A DNA stretch of 64,000 nt from Verrucomicrobiota bacterium. Its GTDB lineage: Bacteria; Verrucomicrobiota; Verrucomicrobiia; Limisphaerales; JAHDYP01. Below, one piece after another: positions 37,860-46,840 of this stretch. The translations under genes and the position numbers were made by a program. The notes under the pieces were generated by a model. It was given only the letters and a program-made list of their open reading frames with translations. It was not told where the DNA came from and made no database searches. Where the stretch lies: NCBI GenBank assembly GCA_023383055.1, contig JAHDYP010000008.1, forward strand, positions 11,341 through 75,340. Direction: 5' to 3'. Every line of letters starts with the position of its first letter. The first letter of the stretch is position 1.

Positions 37860-39776
37860 ATGGTTCTGGCCGCGTGCGGCTTGCTCACATTCATCGCTGC
37901 GCCGATTTCCAAAGCGGATAGCACGTGGAACTATGCCGTCCAGATCAGTGCCACGGTTCAGAGCGCGCCGCCGCAAATCACGCTCACCTGGCCACAGGAC
38001 GATATCGGTGCGCTTCGCTATACGGTTTATCGGAAGGCCAAGGAGGCGACTTCCTGGGGAACCGGCACGGTGCTGGACGGAACAACGACTCTTTACACCG
38101 ACGTCAACGTGGTCATCGGCACAACTTACGAGTATCAAATCGTCAAAGATGCGACGCTGGGATACAAGGGTTTTGGTTACATCTTCAGCGGCATTCAAGC
38201 GCCGTTGATTGACGATCGTGGCAAGTTGATTCTGATCGTGGACAACCGGCACGTCACGGCGCTGTCGGACGAACTGGCCCGCCTGCAAAGCGATTTAACC
38301 GGCGACGGCTGGACGGTCATTCGCCATGACGTCTCGCCCAATGATACGCCATCAAGTGTTCGCAACCTCATTATCGCCGACTACAACGCTGACCCCACGA
38401 AAGTGAGCACGGTATTCCTGTTCGGGCATGTGCCGGTTCTACGTTCGGGGACTCTGAACTACGACGGCCATGGGTCCCGCCCGATGCCGGCAGATGCCTA
38501 CTATGGCGACATGAATGGCAACTGGAAGGGCAACCCCAGCTATCTGCCGTCCGACGTCGAGTTGATGGTGGGTCGGGTGGACATGTTCGATATGCCCGGA
38601 CATTATGCAACGATTCCATGGCCGGACGAAGTGGAGTTGCTGCGGAATTATTTGAACAAGGACCACAACTTTCGCCGGAAACTCGTCACCGTGCCGCATC
38701 GCGCGCTGATGGGGGATCGGCGCGGAGACGCAGAAGGAGTCGCGCCGGCGGCCAGCGGGTATCGGAATTTTCAGCCGCTGCTGGGGCCGGGTAAAATTGT
38801 CCAAGCCAACATTGACAATGTTTCCGCGCCCGAGATGCGCTGGGGGCAGATGCTCGCGGCGGACAGTTATCTCTGGGCGTTCGCCACGGGCGCCGGAAGC
38901 CAGTCGAGCCTCGGCTACTTTGGCACCAACGGGCAATACCAGGATCTCTACAGTTTTGAAGTGGTCGGTCAGGACGCGAAAGCGGTTTTCGTCATGATGC
39001 TCGGCAGCTGGTTCGCCGAGTGGGACGGAACGGACAACTTAATGCGTGCGTTTCTGGCGACGCCGTCGCTCGGGCTGACCGCCTGCTCGGCTGGAATGCC
39101 GCACTGGTTTGTGCATCACATGGGCCTCGGCGAAACCAGCGGCTACGGCACGCGCCTGAGCATGAACAACCGCACGCTTTACCAGAGCCAGGTCAACGTT
39201 TACACGCGCGCAGTTTACATTGCGCTGATGGGCGATCCGACCCTGCGAATGGATCCCGTGGCGCCCCCCGGAGCATTGGGCGGTCTGTCGACCGGGGGTG
39301 GCGTAACGCTGACCTGGCCGGCTTCGGCAGATGCCGTCTTGGGTTATCACGTTTATCGCAGCGCGACGCCGGGCGGGCCGTTCGCGCGCCTGACCGGTTC
39401 GCCCGTGCCTGGCAACACGTTCACGGACCCAACCGCTGCGGCGAACACTTACACCTACATGGTGCGTGCGGTGACACTGCAAACCACGCCCAGCGGAAGT
39501 TATTTCAACGCCAGTCAGGGTGCCTTTGTGACGGTGAACGCGGCCATCGTCGCTTTGCCGATTCAATTGTCCGCGAACTGGGCTGCGAACGGACTGACGC
39601 TCAGTTGGAATTCCCAGATTGGCGCTGCATACCGTGTGCTGGCCAGCACGAATGCAAACCAGACCGACTGGGTCGCCGTGAGCGGCAGGATAACGGCCAC
39701 CGAATTAAACACTTCCTGGACAGATGCAAGTCTGGGTCCCCTCCCGCGACAGTTTTATCGGATCACCAGTCCGTAG
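37860..39776 (+). CDS. secreted FN3-domain protein with gingipain(C25)-like central region and C-terminal RFY domain (paralog 2)
   Basis: ORF track 37743..39776. Start moved to ATG 37860 (MVLAACGLLTFIAAPISKA/DSTWNY), which gives a signal peptide. Collinear with paralog 1 throughout. C-terminus is ...RQFYRITSP. Confidence 0.55.
   Translation: MVLAACGLLTFIAAPISKADSTWNYAVQISATVQSAPPQITLTWPQDDIGALRYTVYRKAKEATSWGTGTVLDGTTTLYTDVNVVIGTTYEYQIVKDATLGYKGFGYIFSGIQAPLIDDRGKLILIVDNRHVTALSDELARLQSDLTGDGWTVIRHDVSPNDTPSSVRNLIIADYNADPTKVSTVFLFGHVPVLRSGTLNYDGHGSRPMPADAYYGDMNGNWKGNPSYLPSDVELMVGRVDMFDMPGHYATIPWPDEVELLRNYLNKDHNFRRKLVTVPHRALMGDRRGDAEGVAPAASGYRNFQPLLGPGKIVQANIDNVSAPEMRWGQMLAADSYLWAFATGAGSQSSLGYFGTNGQYQDLYSFEVVGQDAKAVFVMMLGSWFAEWDGTDNLMRAFLATPSLGLTACSAGMPHWFVHHMGLGETSGYGTRLSMNNRTLYQSQVNVYTRAVYIALMGDPTLRMDPVAPPGALGGLSTGGGVTLTWPASADAVLGYHVYRSATPGGPFARLTGSPVPGNTFTDPTAAANTYTYMVRAVTLQTTPSGSYFNASQGAFVTVNAAIVALPIQLSANWAANGLTLSWNSQIGAAYRVLASTNANQTDWVAVSGRITATELNTSWTDASLGPLPRQFYRITSP
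37938..38071 (+). repeat. partner copy of the 35897-36030 near-identical tract
   Basis: See 35897-36030. Confidence 0.8.
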
Positions 39777-40023
39777 CACCAGGACGCATTTGACCGGTCC
39801 CGACATGGGCCGCCGGAGTGTGGGTCTGGGGCTCATAGCAGCTTTGCCGGTAAGTGACTTTGGGACAATATCCGGGACACGGTTGTGTTCTGGCTTAAAG
39901 AACCCCCGGTTTTGTTCAAAGATTTATCCTCTTTCATTGAACGCCGGCTGTCAGCCAAACACTGACAGCGCAACCATAGCGACTCCAATGTCGTAACTTC
40001 CGTCCGCTCGCGAACGTGACGGA

Positions 40024-43000
40024 ATGTTCTGGAAAAGACGCTGTGTCGTTCTCGGCATCCTTGGTGCTGGTCAATGTGCCTCGATGCTTTATGCAGCAGC
40101 GCTGGCCGTCTCCGTGGTCGCGAGTGATCCCACCGCGACCCTCGGGACAACGGACCCTGCCGCGTTCACTTTCACCCGCGAGGGAAGCACGGCCGCCAGT
40201 CTGGCGGTCAATTTCTCGCTGGGCGGCACGGCGGCGAAATGGACGGATTATCGCCGGTTGCCGGAAGGGGACATGCCGGTTACAATCACGATTCCCGCAG
40301 GCGAAGTGTCAGCGGCGCTCGCGATCTACGGAATGGCCAACTCGACCCTGGCCAATCCGCAAACCGTCAGCCTCACACTTCTACCGGACGCAGCTTACAC
40401 GGTCGGATCGCCGAACAGCGCGGTTGTGAACATTCAGTCCATTCCCGGTTCGACTCCGACGAATCCTCCGGCGAACACCCACACTCCTCCGCCCAACACG
40501 AACAGCACGGCGCCCGCGGCCAGCACCACGCCCAGCCTGATTGACGATGCATCGCCCGCGCTGCCAAAAGTCGGCGCCCACCGCCTGCGCATTTTATCGC
40601 CGACGCTCATTGAAATGCGGCGCATCAATTCCAAACAACCCGATCCTGCGCGCGTGGATAGCTGGGACTTCATCAACCCCTCGGGCCAGCTGGAAACTCC
40701 GCCGGTCACACAATTCGCCGTGACGGTCAACGGCCAGCCCGTGGCGGTGCAATCGCTTGGTTTCAAACGCCGCCCGCTTTACGCGCCACTGGTGACTCGC
40801 GATCTGCGAATCGAAAACAGCCTCTACCTCCAACTCGCCACGCCCATCGCGGACCATCAAACCGTTGAAGTCAAGAACCCCGGCGGCGCGCTCTGGCCGG
40901 CGACCATGTCCTTCGTTGCCACGGCCGATCCGTTGCGCCACAGCCCCATCATTCACGTGAACCAGGAGGGTTACGTGCCGTCATTCCCCAAAAAGGCGAT
41001 GGTGGGTTACTACCTGGGCAATCTGGGTGAAATGGACATCTCCGCGTCACTTGGATTCACACTCGTGGACGCGACAACCGGCGCGCAAGTGTATCAAGGC
41101 GGCCTGACGCTGCGTCAGGATATCGGTTATCTCTACACGCCGACGCCCTATCAGAAGGTGCTGGAAGCCGATTTCAGCAACTTCACAACGCCTGGGCGCT
41201 ATCGACTCATGGTGCCGGGACTCGGCGCGTCGTTCACCTTCGCCATCGAGGACGGAGTAGCAATGGCCTTCGCGCGCGCTTACGGACTCGGGCTTTATCA
41301 TCAGCGCTGCGGCGCCAGCAATTCAATGCCGTTCACCCGTTTCGCACACGACACCTGCCACACAGCGGCGGCGAGCGTTCCGTTGCCGCAATCCTCGTTC
41401 AGCTTCACCTGGGCGACCATCGCGAATTACGCGGCGATTACTCATCCGGACAATCCCGTGCCGACCGCGCCGAGGCTTTCCAGCCCGTCCGCGCAGTTGT
41501 TCCCTTTCGTGCGGCAAGGCACGGTGGATGTTTCCGGCGGCCATCACGACGCGGGCGATTACAGCAAGTACACCGTCAACAGCGCCGGCCTCGCTCATAC
41601 GCTGATGTTCTCGGCGGACTCGCTGGCCGGCGTGGCGCCGCTCGACAATCTCGGGATTCCCGAAAGTGGCGATGGCATCAGCGATGTATTGCAGCAAGCG
41701 AAATGGGAAGCCGATTATCTTTCCAAGCTGCAGGACTCCGATGGCGGGTTCTATTTCCTCGTCTATCCGAAAGACCGGGAATACGAAAGCGGCACGCCGC
41801 CCGATCAAGGCGATGCCCAAGTCGTGTGGCCGAAGACCACGTCCGCCACGGCGGCCGCGGTGGCCGCGCTGGCGCAATGCGGTTCGTCGCCGTTGATGAA
41901 GCAACATTACCCGCAAGCGGCCGCCAGTTACCTGGCCAAGGCTACGCTCGGCTGGCAGTTCCTGGCGAACGCCGTCGCGCTTTACGGCAAGGACGGCGCG
42001 TATCAGAAAATCACGCACTACGGCGACAACTATGCGGATCGAGACGAACTCGCCTGGGCCGCGGCCGAAATGTATGTGGCCACCGGTGATCCTTCCTATC
42101 AACAGACGCTGTTTCAGTGGTTCCCCGATCCGACGGCCACCAGCACATTCCGCTGGAGTTGGTGGCGCATGTCGGAAGGCTGGGGACACGCCATTCGCAG
42201 TTACGCCTTTGCGGTTCGCAGCGGACGCCTGCAACCGAACCAGCTCGAGCCGAATTATCTGGCCAAGTGCCTCGCGACGATCACGAACGCCGGCAACGAC
42301 GCGCTCCTCTGGTCGCAGCAAAATGCTTACGGCAGCAGTTTCCCGCTGGAAACCAAGCGCGTGCGCAGCGCCGGCTGGTATTTTTCCGCTGCCCAGGCAT
42401 TCGATGTCGCCGTGGCGCAGCAGGTCGCCTCGCGTCCGGACTATCTGGATGCGCTGGTGCGCAACATGAACTACGAAGGCGGCTGCAATCCGGTCAACAT
42501 GACTTACATCACCGGCCTGGGCTGGAAACGTCAGCGCGAGATTGTGGATCAATATTCCCTGAGCGACCGGCGCGTGCTGCCCAAGACCGGCATCCCGCTC
42601 GGCAACATTCAAAACGGGTTTGTATGGGTGAACACCTACGGCACGGAACTGGCCGCGTTGTGTTATCCGTCTGATGCGGCCGCGACCGGGCCGGTTCCGT
42701 TCTATGACCGCTGGGGTGATGCATTCAACACCACGACTGAATTCGTGGTGCTGGACCAGGCGCGCGGCCTCGGCGTCGCGGCGTATCTCGCGGGGCTGAC
42801 TTCGGTGAAAGCACAATCGTGGGGATCGGGCACCGCACAACTTTCCGTACCGACCGGCGTCGTGCCCGTCGGTGAGCCGGTGACGATCTCACTGCAATCC
42901 GGCCTCGACTTGAACGGCGCGCGGATCGTCTGGGAAGGCCGCGATCACGAACCGGCCTACGGTTCACATTTTACTTTCACGCCGCGGAACAACGGCACGC

Positions 43001-43815
43001 AGTGGATCGAAGCCGAGGCTCAATGGCCGGATGGACGTCGCGTGTTTGCCGAGGCGACTTTCACCGCGAACAGTCCGAACGTGGTCTGGGTCGAAGACGC
43101 GGTGCCGACGGGTGGCGTGCCCGGCGCCGGTGGCGGCGATTCGTGGAACTGGATCCGCAGCAATCCAGCGCCGTACTCCGGCAGCTCCGCGCATCAATCG
43201 GCTTCAGCCGCCGGGCTGCACGAGCATTGGTTTGATAACGCCACGGCGACCTTGGACATCATCAGCGGCGATACGTTATATGCCTATGTTTACCTCGATC
43301 CAGCCAATCCACCGATCGAAATCATGCTCGCGTGGAACAACGGCAATTGGGAACATCGTGCGTATTGGGGAGCGAACCACATTACCTACGGCATCAATGG
43401 CACCGACAGCCGCCGTTACGTGGGGCCGCTGCCGGCTGCGGGTCAGTGGGTGCGGCTCGAAGTCCCGGCCAGTCAGGTCGGACTGGAAGGCAGCACCCTC
43501 AAAGGCATGGACTTTTCGGCTTATGGCGGACGCGTAACCTGGGATCGCGCCGGCAAGACGAGCATTGTCAGCGGCGTTGAACCCATTGGCCAGGTGCCTG
43601 TTTCCATCAGCCGGATTTCCGGCGGAGCGATGCAGTTCAACTGGCCGAGCGTTGTCGGTAGAATCTATCGCGTCGCCTACAAGAACAATCCTGCGGACGA
43701 CGCTTGGACCGATCTGAGCGGAAGCATCCCCGCCACCGGCACGACGTGTTCGTGGGCGGATATCAGCGCCGCGAGCGCGAGCCAACGGTTCTACGTGGTT
43801 TACGTGGTGAACTGA
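40024..43815 (+). CDS. secreted GH9-like glycoside hydrolase with N-terminal Calx-beta-like domain, Ig-like CelD_N-type domain, extra C-terminal domains and RFY tail
   Basis: Signal-like N-terminus, a Calx-beta-like unit (GGTAAKWTDYRRL...ITIPAGEV) and a Pro/Thr linker. HVNQEGYVPSFPKKAMVGY resembles the Ig-like N-domain of GH9 enzymes. DVSGGHHDAGDYSKY (41524-41570) resembles the GH9 DAGD catalytic motif. Also NYEGGCNPVNMTYITGLG and TTEFVV. C-terminus is ...QRFYVVYVVN. Confidence 0.7.
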   Translation: MFWKRRCVVLGILGAGQCASMLYAAALAVSVVASDPTATLGTTDPAAFTFTREGSTAASLAVNFSLGGTAAKWTDYRRLPEGDMPVTITIPAGEVSAALAIYGMANSTLANPQTVSLTLLPDAAYTVGSPNSAVVNIQSIPGSTPTNPPANTHTPPPNTNSTAPAASTTPSLIDDASPALPKVGAHRLRILSPTLIEMRRINSKQPDPARVDSWDFINPSGQLETPPVTQFAVTVNGQPVAVQSLGFKRRPLYAPLVTRDLRIENSLYLQLATPIADHQTVEVKNPGGALWPATMSFVATADPLRHSPIIHVNQEGYVPSFPKKAMVGYYLGNLGEMDISASLGFTLVDATTGAQVYQGGLTLRQDIGYLYTPTPYQKVLEADFSNFTTPGRYRLMVPGLGASFTFAIEDGVAMAFARAYGLGLYHQRCGASNSMPFTRFAHDTCHTAAASVPLPQSSFSFTWATIANYAAITHPDNPVPTAPRLSSPSAQLFPFVRQGTVDVSGGHHDAGDYSKYTVNSAGLAHTLMFSADSLAGVAPLDNLGIPESGDGISDVLQQAKWEADYLSKLQDSDGGFYFLVYPKDREYESGTPPDQGDAQVVWPKTTSATAAAVAALAQCGSSPLMKQHYPQAAASYLAKATLGWQFLANAVALYGKDGAYQKITHYGDNYADRDELAWAAAEMYVATGDPSYQQTLFQWFPDPTATSTFRWSWWRMSEGWGHAIRSYAFAVRSGRLQPNQLEPNYLAKCLATITNAGNDALLWSQQNAYGSSFPLETKRVRSAGWYFSAAQAFDVAVAQQVASRPDYLDALVRNMNYEGGCNPVNMTYITGLGWKRQREIVDQYSLSDRRVLPKTGIPLGNIQNGFVWVNTYGTELAALCYPSDAAATGPVPFYDRWGDAFNTTTEFVVLDQARGLGVAAYLAGLTSVKAQSWGSGTAQLSVPTGVVPVGEPVTISLQSGLDLNGARIVWEGRDHEPAYGSHFTFTPRNNGTQWIEAEAQWPDGRRVFAEATFTANSPNVVWVEDAVPTGGVPGAGGGDSWNWIRSNPAPYSGSSAHQSASAAGLHEHWFDNATATLDIISGDTLYAYVYLDPANPPIEIMLAWNNGNWEHRAYWGANHITYGINGTDSRRYVGPLPAAGQWVRLEVPASQVGLEGSTLKGMDFSAYGGRVTWDRAGKTSIVSGVEPIGQVPVSISRISGGAMQFNWPSVVGRIYRVAYKNNPADDAWTDLSGSIPATGTTCSWADISAASASQRFYVVYVVN

Positions 43816-44040
43816 AATGTGGGCCGGTGTTCAGGCGAGATGCGCCCGCATCGGCTGCCGATAAGCCGGAAGTGGCACGGTTGGCTGATGAAGGCTTCCG
43901 TGCGCGTGACTACGCGTTTACTGCTGTCTCGACTGTCTAAGTGTCGTAAAGGGCCTGGCGACCCAATTTGAGCTGAAGATTTCCATCGCGGGATGGGTGT
44001 CTCCCCTCCGCCGCCAAAGAGTAGGTGAATACCCCATTGA

Positions 44041-46686
44041 TTGGCGCCACGACGATGGCCGATGGTCAGTGCGATGCTTTTCAGGCCGATACAGCCAGCG
44101 CGATTGCTTCTCGCGGTGATTCTCCTTCTGTCTGTAACCACGGCGGCACAACCAATTGCCGATGATAATCCGCTCGCGCTTCCGTCGCCCGGTAATTATC
44201 AACTGCGCATTCTCTCGTCGAATCTCCTGGAACTGACGCGCATCACCACCAAAGCAACGCCAACGGCGAAACCGCGCGAATGGGATTTCGTGGATGCCGA
44301 GGGTCGTGCGCTGCTTCCGAACGCAGCAGAATTCGTGGTGCTGGCAGGCGAAACGACCATCGGCGTGCAAAAGGTCGGCTTCAAACGCCGCGTGCTCTAC
44401 GCACCGCTGGCCCGGCGTGATTTGCGCGTCGCCAACCACCTCTACTTGCGACTGAATGGCGTGGTCTCCGGCGGACAAACGGTGGAGGTAAGGAATCCTC
44501 CCGCGAAACTGTGGCCCGCCAGCCTGCGCTTCACCACCAAAATGGACCCGCTTCGTTACAGTCCGGCGATTCATGTCAACCAGGTGGGCTACGTTCCCGC
44601 CTTTCCCAAGAAGGCAATGATCGGATTCTTTCTCGGCAATCTGGGCGAGATGAATGTGCCGGCGGAAAGCGGTTTTCAACTCATTGACGCGCGAACCGGC
44701 GCGAGCATGCACCAGGGAACACTGACGCCGCGGCGCGACGTTGGTTTCGACTATACGTCCTATCAACAAGTGCTCGAAGCGGACTTCAGTGACTTCAACA
44801 CACCCGGCGAATATCGCCTCACCGTCCCGGGCCTCGGCGCTTCGTCTCCGTTCTTCATTGATGAAGGTGTGGCGGCCGCGTTCGCCCGGACATATGCCCT
44901 GGGCCTGTATCATCAACGCTGCGGCACGAGCAACGCACTGCCGTTCACGCGTTTCGGTCACGGCGATTGCCACGTCGCTCCCGCGGAGGTGCCGACGGCG
45001 ACGTTGACGGACATGGTCAACTTTCTTGCCGGCGATACCCTGAACTACACGGATAATCCGCGTCACACCGCGCCGCAGCTCAAGGATTTCGAGTCCAGCC
45101 TTTACCCGTTTGTGAAGAGCGGAAAGTTGGACGTCTCGGGCGGACATCACGACGCGGGCGATTACAGCCGCTACACGATCAACAGTGCCGCGCTGGTCCA
45201 CACCCTTGTCTTCGCTGTGGATGCACTGCCGGGCGTGGGTGAACTGGACAATCTCGGTCTGCCCGAAAGCGGCGATGGCAAGAGCGATGTGTTGCAGGAG
45301 GCGAAATGGGAAGCCGATTTTCTCGCGAAAATGCAGGATGACGACGGTGGATTCTTTTTCCTTGTCTATCCGCGCGACCGCAAATACGAGAACAACGTCC
45401 TGCCCGATGCCGGCGATCCACAAATCGTCTGGCCGAAGAACACCGCTGCCACCGCCGCCGCGGTGGCAGCACTCGCGCAAGCGTCGTCGTCGCCACTCTT
45501 CAAGAAACAATTCCCGGAAGCGTCGGCGGTCTATCTGGCGAAAGCGAAGAAGGGTTGGGAGTTTCTGGATCGCGCCATCGCGAAGTTTGGCAACGAGGGC
45601 GCCTATCAGAAAATCACGCATTACGGCGATGATTTCATGCACGATGACGAGCTTGCCTGGGCCCAATGCGAGATGTTTCTGGCGACCGGCGCTGAATCGT
45701 TCCACAAGAGACTGCTCGAGTCTTTCCGGCCGGGCGAAGAACGGACCCGGCGCTGGGGTTGGTGGCGGTTGTACGAAGGATACGGTCGCGCCACCCGCAG
45801 CTACGGGCTGGCGGTCAAGAGCGGGCGGGTGAAACCGGCACAATTGGATCAATCATTCCTGCGCGCGTGTGAGGCCGAGATGGTAGCGGCGGCGGATGAC
45901 CAACTCCGCTGGTCGCAACAGAGCGCTTATGGAACCAGCTTCCCCACCGAAACGAAGCGATTTCGCGGCGCGGGTTGGTATTTTTCATTGGATCAGGCGT
46001 TTGATCTGGCGGTCGGCTGCGCGCTGGATCATCCCGCGATGAATGATCCGCGCCCGAAATACACCGAAGCGGTTGTGGCAAATCTGAATTACGAAGGCGG
46101 CGGCAATCCCGTCAACGTCTGCTACCTCACCGGCCTCGGCTGGAAACGCCAGCGCGAGATCGTTCATCAGTATGCCCAGAACGATCGCCGCATTCTCCCG
46201 CCCAGCGGCATTCCCCTGGGCAATCTGCAAAGCGGATTTGGCTGGCTGGATTATTACGGAGCAGAACTCGGTGCGCTAAGCTTTCCGTGGGACGGCGCGA
46301 AGGAGAATCCTTATGCGCTCTACGACCGCTGGGGCGACAGTTTCAACCTGCAAGCCGAGTTTGTGGTCGTCAACCAGGCACGCGCACTGGCCGCGGCCAC
46401 GTGGTTGATGGCGCAGACGCCCATCAAGATCCAACCGTGGAAGTCCGCACCGGCGACGATTGAAATCACAACGTCCGGGCCATCCCAGGTCGCAACCTTG
46501 AAATCATCGCTCGACTTGAGCCAGGCAAGAATCGTTTGGGAAACGCAGGACCGCGAACCGCTTTTCGGCGACCGGATTGTTCTGACGAACGCGGTTACCT
46601 GGATTGAAGCGGAAGCGCAATTGCCCGACGGCCGCCGCGTTTACGGTGTGACGAATCTTTCGGCTGATTCGCACGCGGCGCGTTGA
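44041..46686 (+). CDS. secreted GH9-like glycoside hydrolase (paralog, no RFY tail)
   Basis: HVNQVGYVPAFPKKAMIGF, DVSGGHHDAGDYSRY (45130-45175), NYEGGGNPVNVCYLTGLG and QAEFVV. Signal-like ARLLLAVILLLSVTTAAQP. The true start may be an internal Met (44062 or 44074). Confidence 0.7.
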   Translation: MAPRRWPMVSAMLFRPIQPARLLLAVILLLSVTTAAQPIADDNPLALPSPGNYQLRILSSNLLELTRITTKATPTAKPREWDFVDAEGRALLPNAAEFVVLAGETTIGVQKVGFKRRVLYAPLARRDLRVANHLYLRLNGVVSGGQTVEVRNPPAKLWPASLRFTTKMDPLRYSPAIHVNQVGYVPAFPKKAMIGFFLGNLGEMNVPAESGFQLIDARTGASMHQGTLTPRRDVGFDYTSYQQVLEADFSDFNTPGEYRLTVPGLGASSPFFIDEGVAAAFARTYALGLYHQRCGTSNALPFTRFGHGDCHVAPAEVPTATLTDMVNFLAGDTLNYTDNPRHTAPQLKDFESSLYPFVKSGKLDVSGGHHDAGDYSRYTINSAALVHTLVFAVDALPGVGELDNLGLPESGDGKSDVLQEAKWEADFLAKMQDDDGGFFFLVYPRDRKYENNVLPDAGDPQIVWPKNTAATAAAVAALAQASSSPLFKKQFPEASAVYLAKAKKGWEFLDRAIAKFGNEGAYQKITHYGDDFMHDDELAWAQCEMFLATGAESFHKRLLESFRPGEERTRRWGWWRLYEGYGRATRSYGLAVKSGRVKPAQLDQSFLRACEAEMVAAADDQLRWSQQSAYGTSFPTETKRFRGAGWYFSLDQAFDLAVGCALDHPAMNDPRPKYTEAVVANLNYEGGGNPVNVCYLTGLGWKRQREIVHQYAQNDRRILPPSGIPLGNLQSGFGWLDYYGAELGALSFPWDGAKENPYALYDRWGDSFNLQAEFVVVNQARALAAATWLMAQTPIKIQPWKSAPATIEITTSGPSQVATLKSSLDLSQARIVWETQDREPLFGDRIVLTNAVTWIEAEAQLPDGRRVYGVTNLSADSHAAR

Positions 46687-46744
46687 AAGGTCCCCGGTTT
46701 TCGGGTCGTGGCGGCCTGCGTGCCGCAGCATGTATCGGGTCGCT

Positions 46745-46778
46745 GGGGTCTTATCCCGTTCCGCTAGGGGTCTTCACC
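46745..46778 (-). promoter_or_regulatory. phased direct-repeat element (minus-strand reading GGTGAAGACCCC-N10-GGATAAGACCCC) upstream of the GT4-kinase-transferase operon
   Basis: Plus strand shows ggggtcttatcc at 46745-46756 and ggggtcttcacc at 46767-46778, 22 nt apart. Sits 63 nt before ATG 46841. Confidence 0.5.
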
Positions 46779-46840
46779 CACCTGTAAAACGTTCGCTCAA
46801 TCTTTACATTGTCCCTGTGACTGTGAAGTAAAGCCGAGTT

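Noticed and set aside
41323-45852. 505-aa (41323..42840) and 644-aa (43918..45852) minus-strand ORFs
   Set aside because: They are antisense to the two GH9-like genes and have no recognisable domains. The second would also span the 43815-44041 intergenic spacer.
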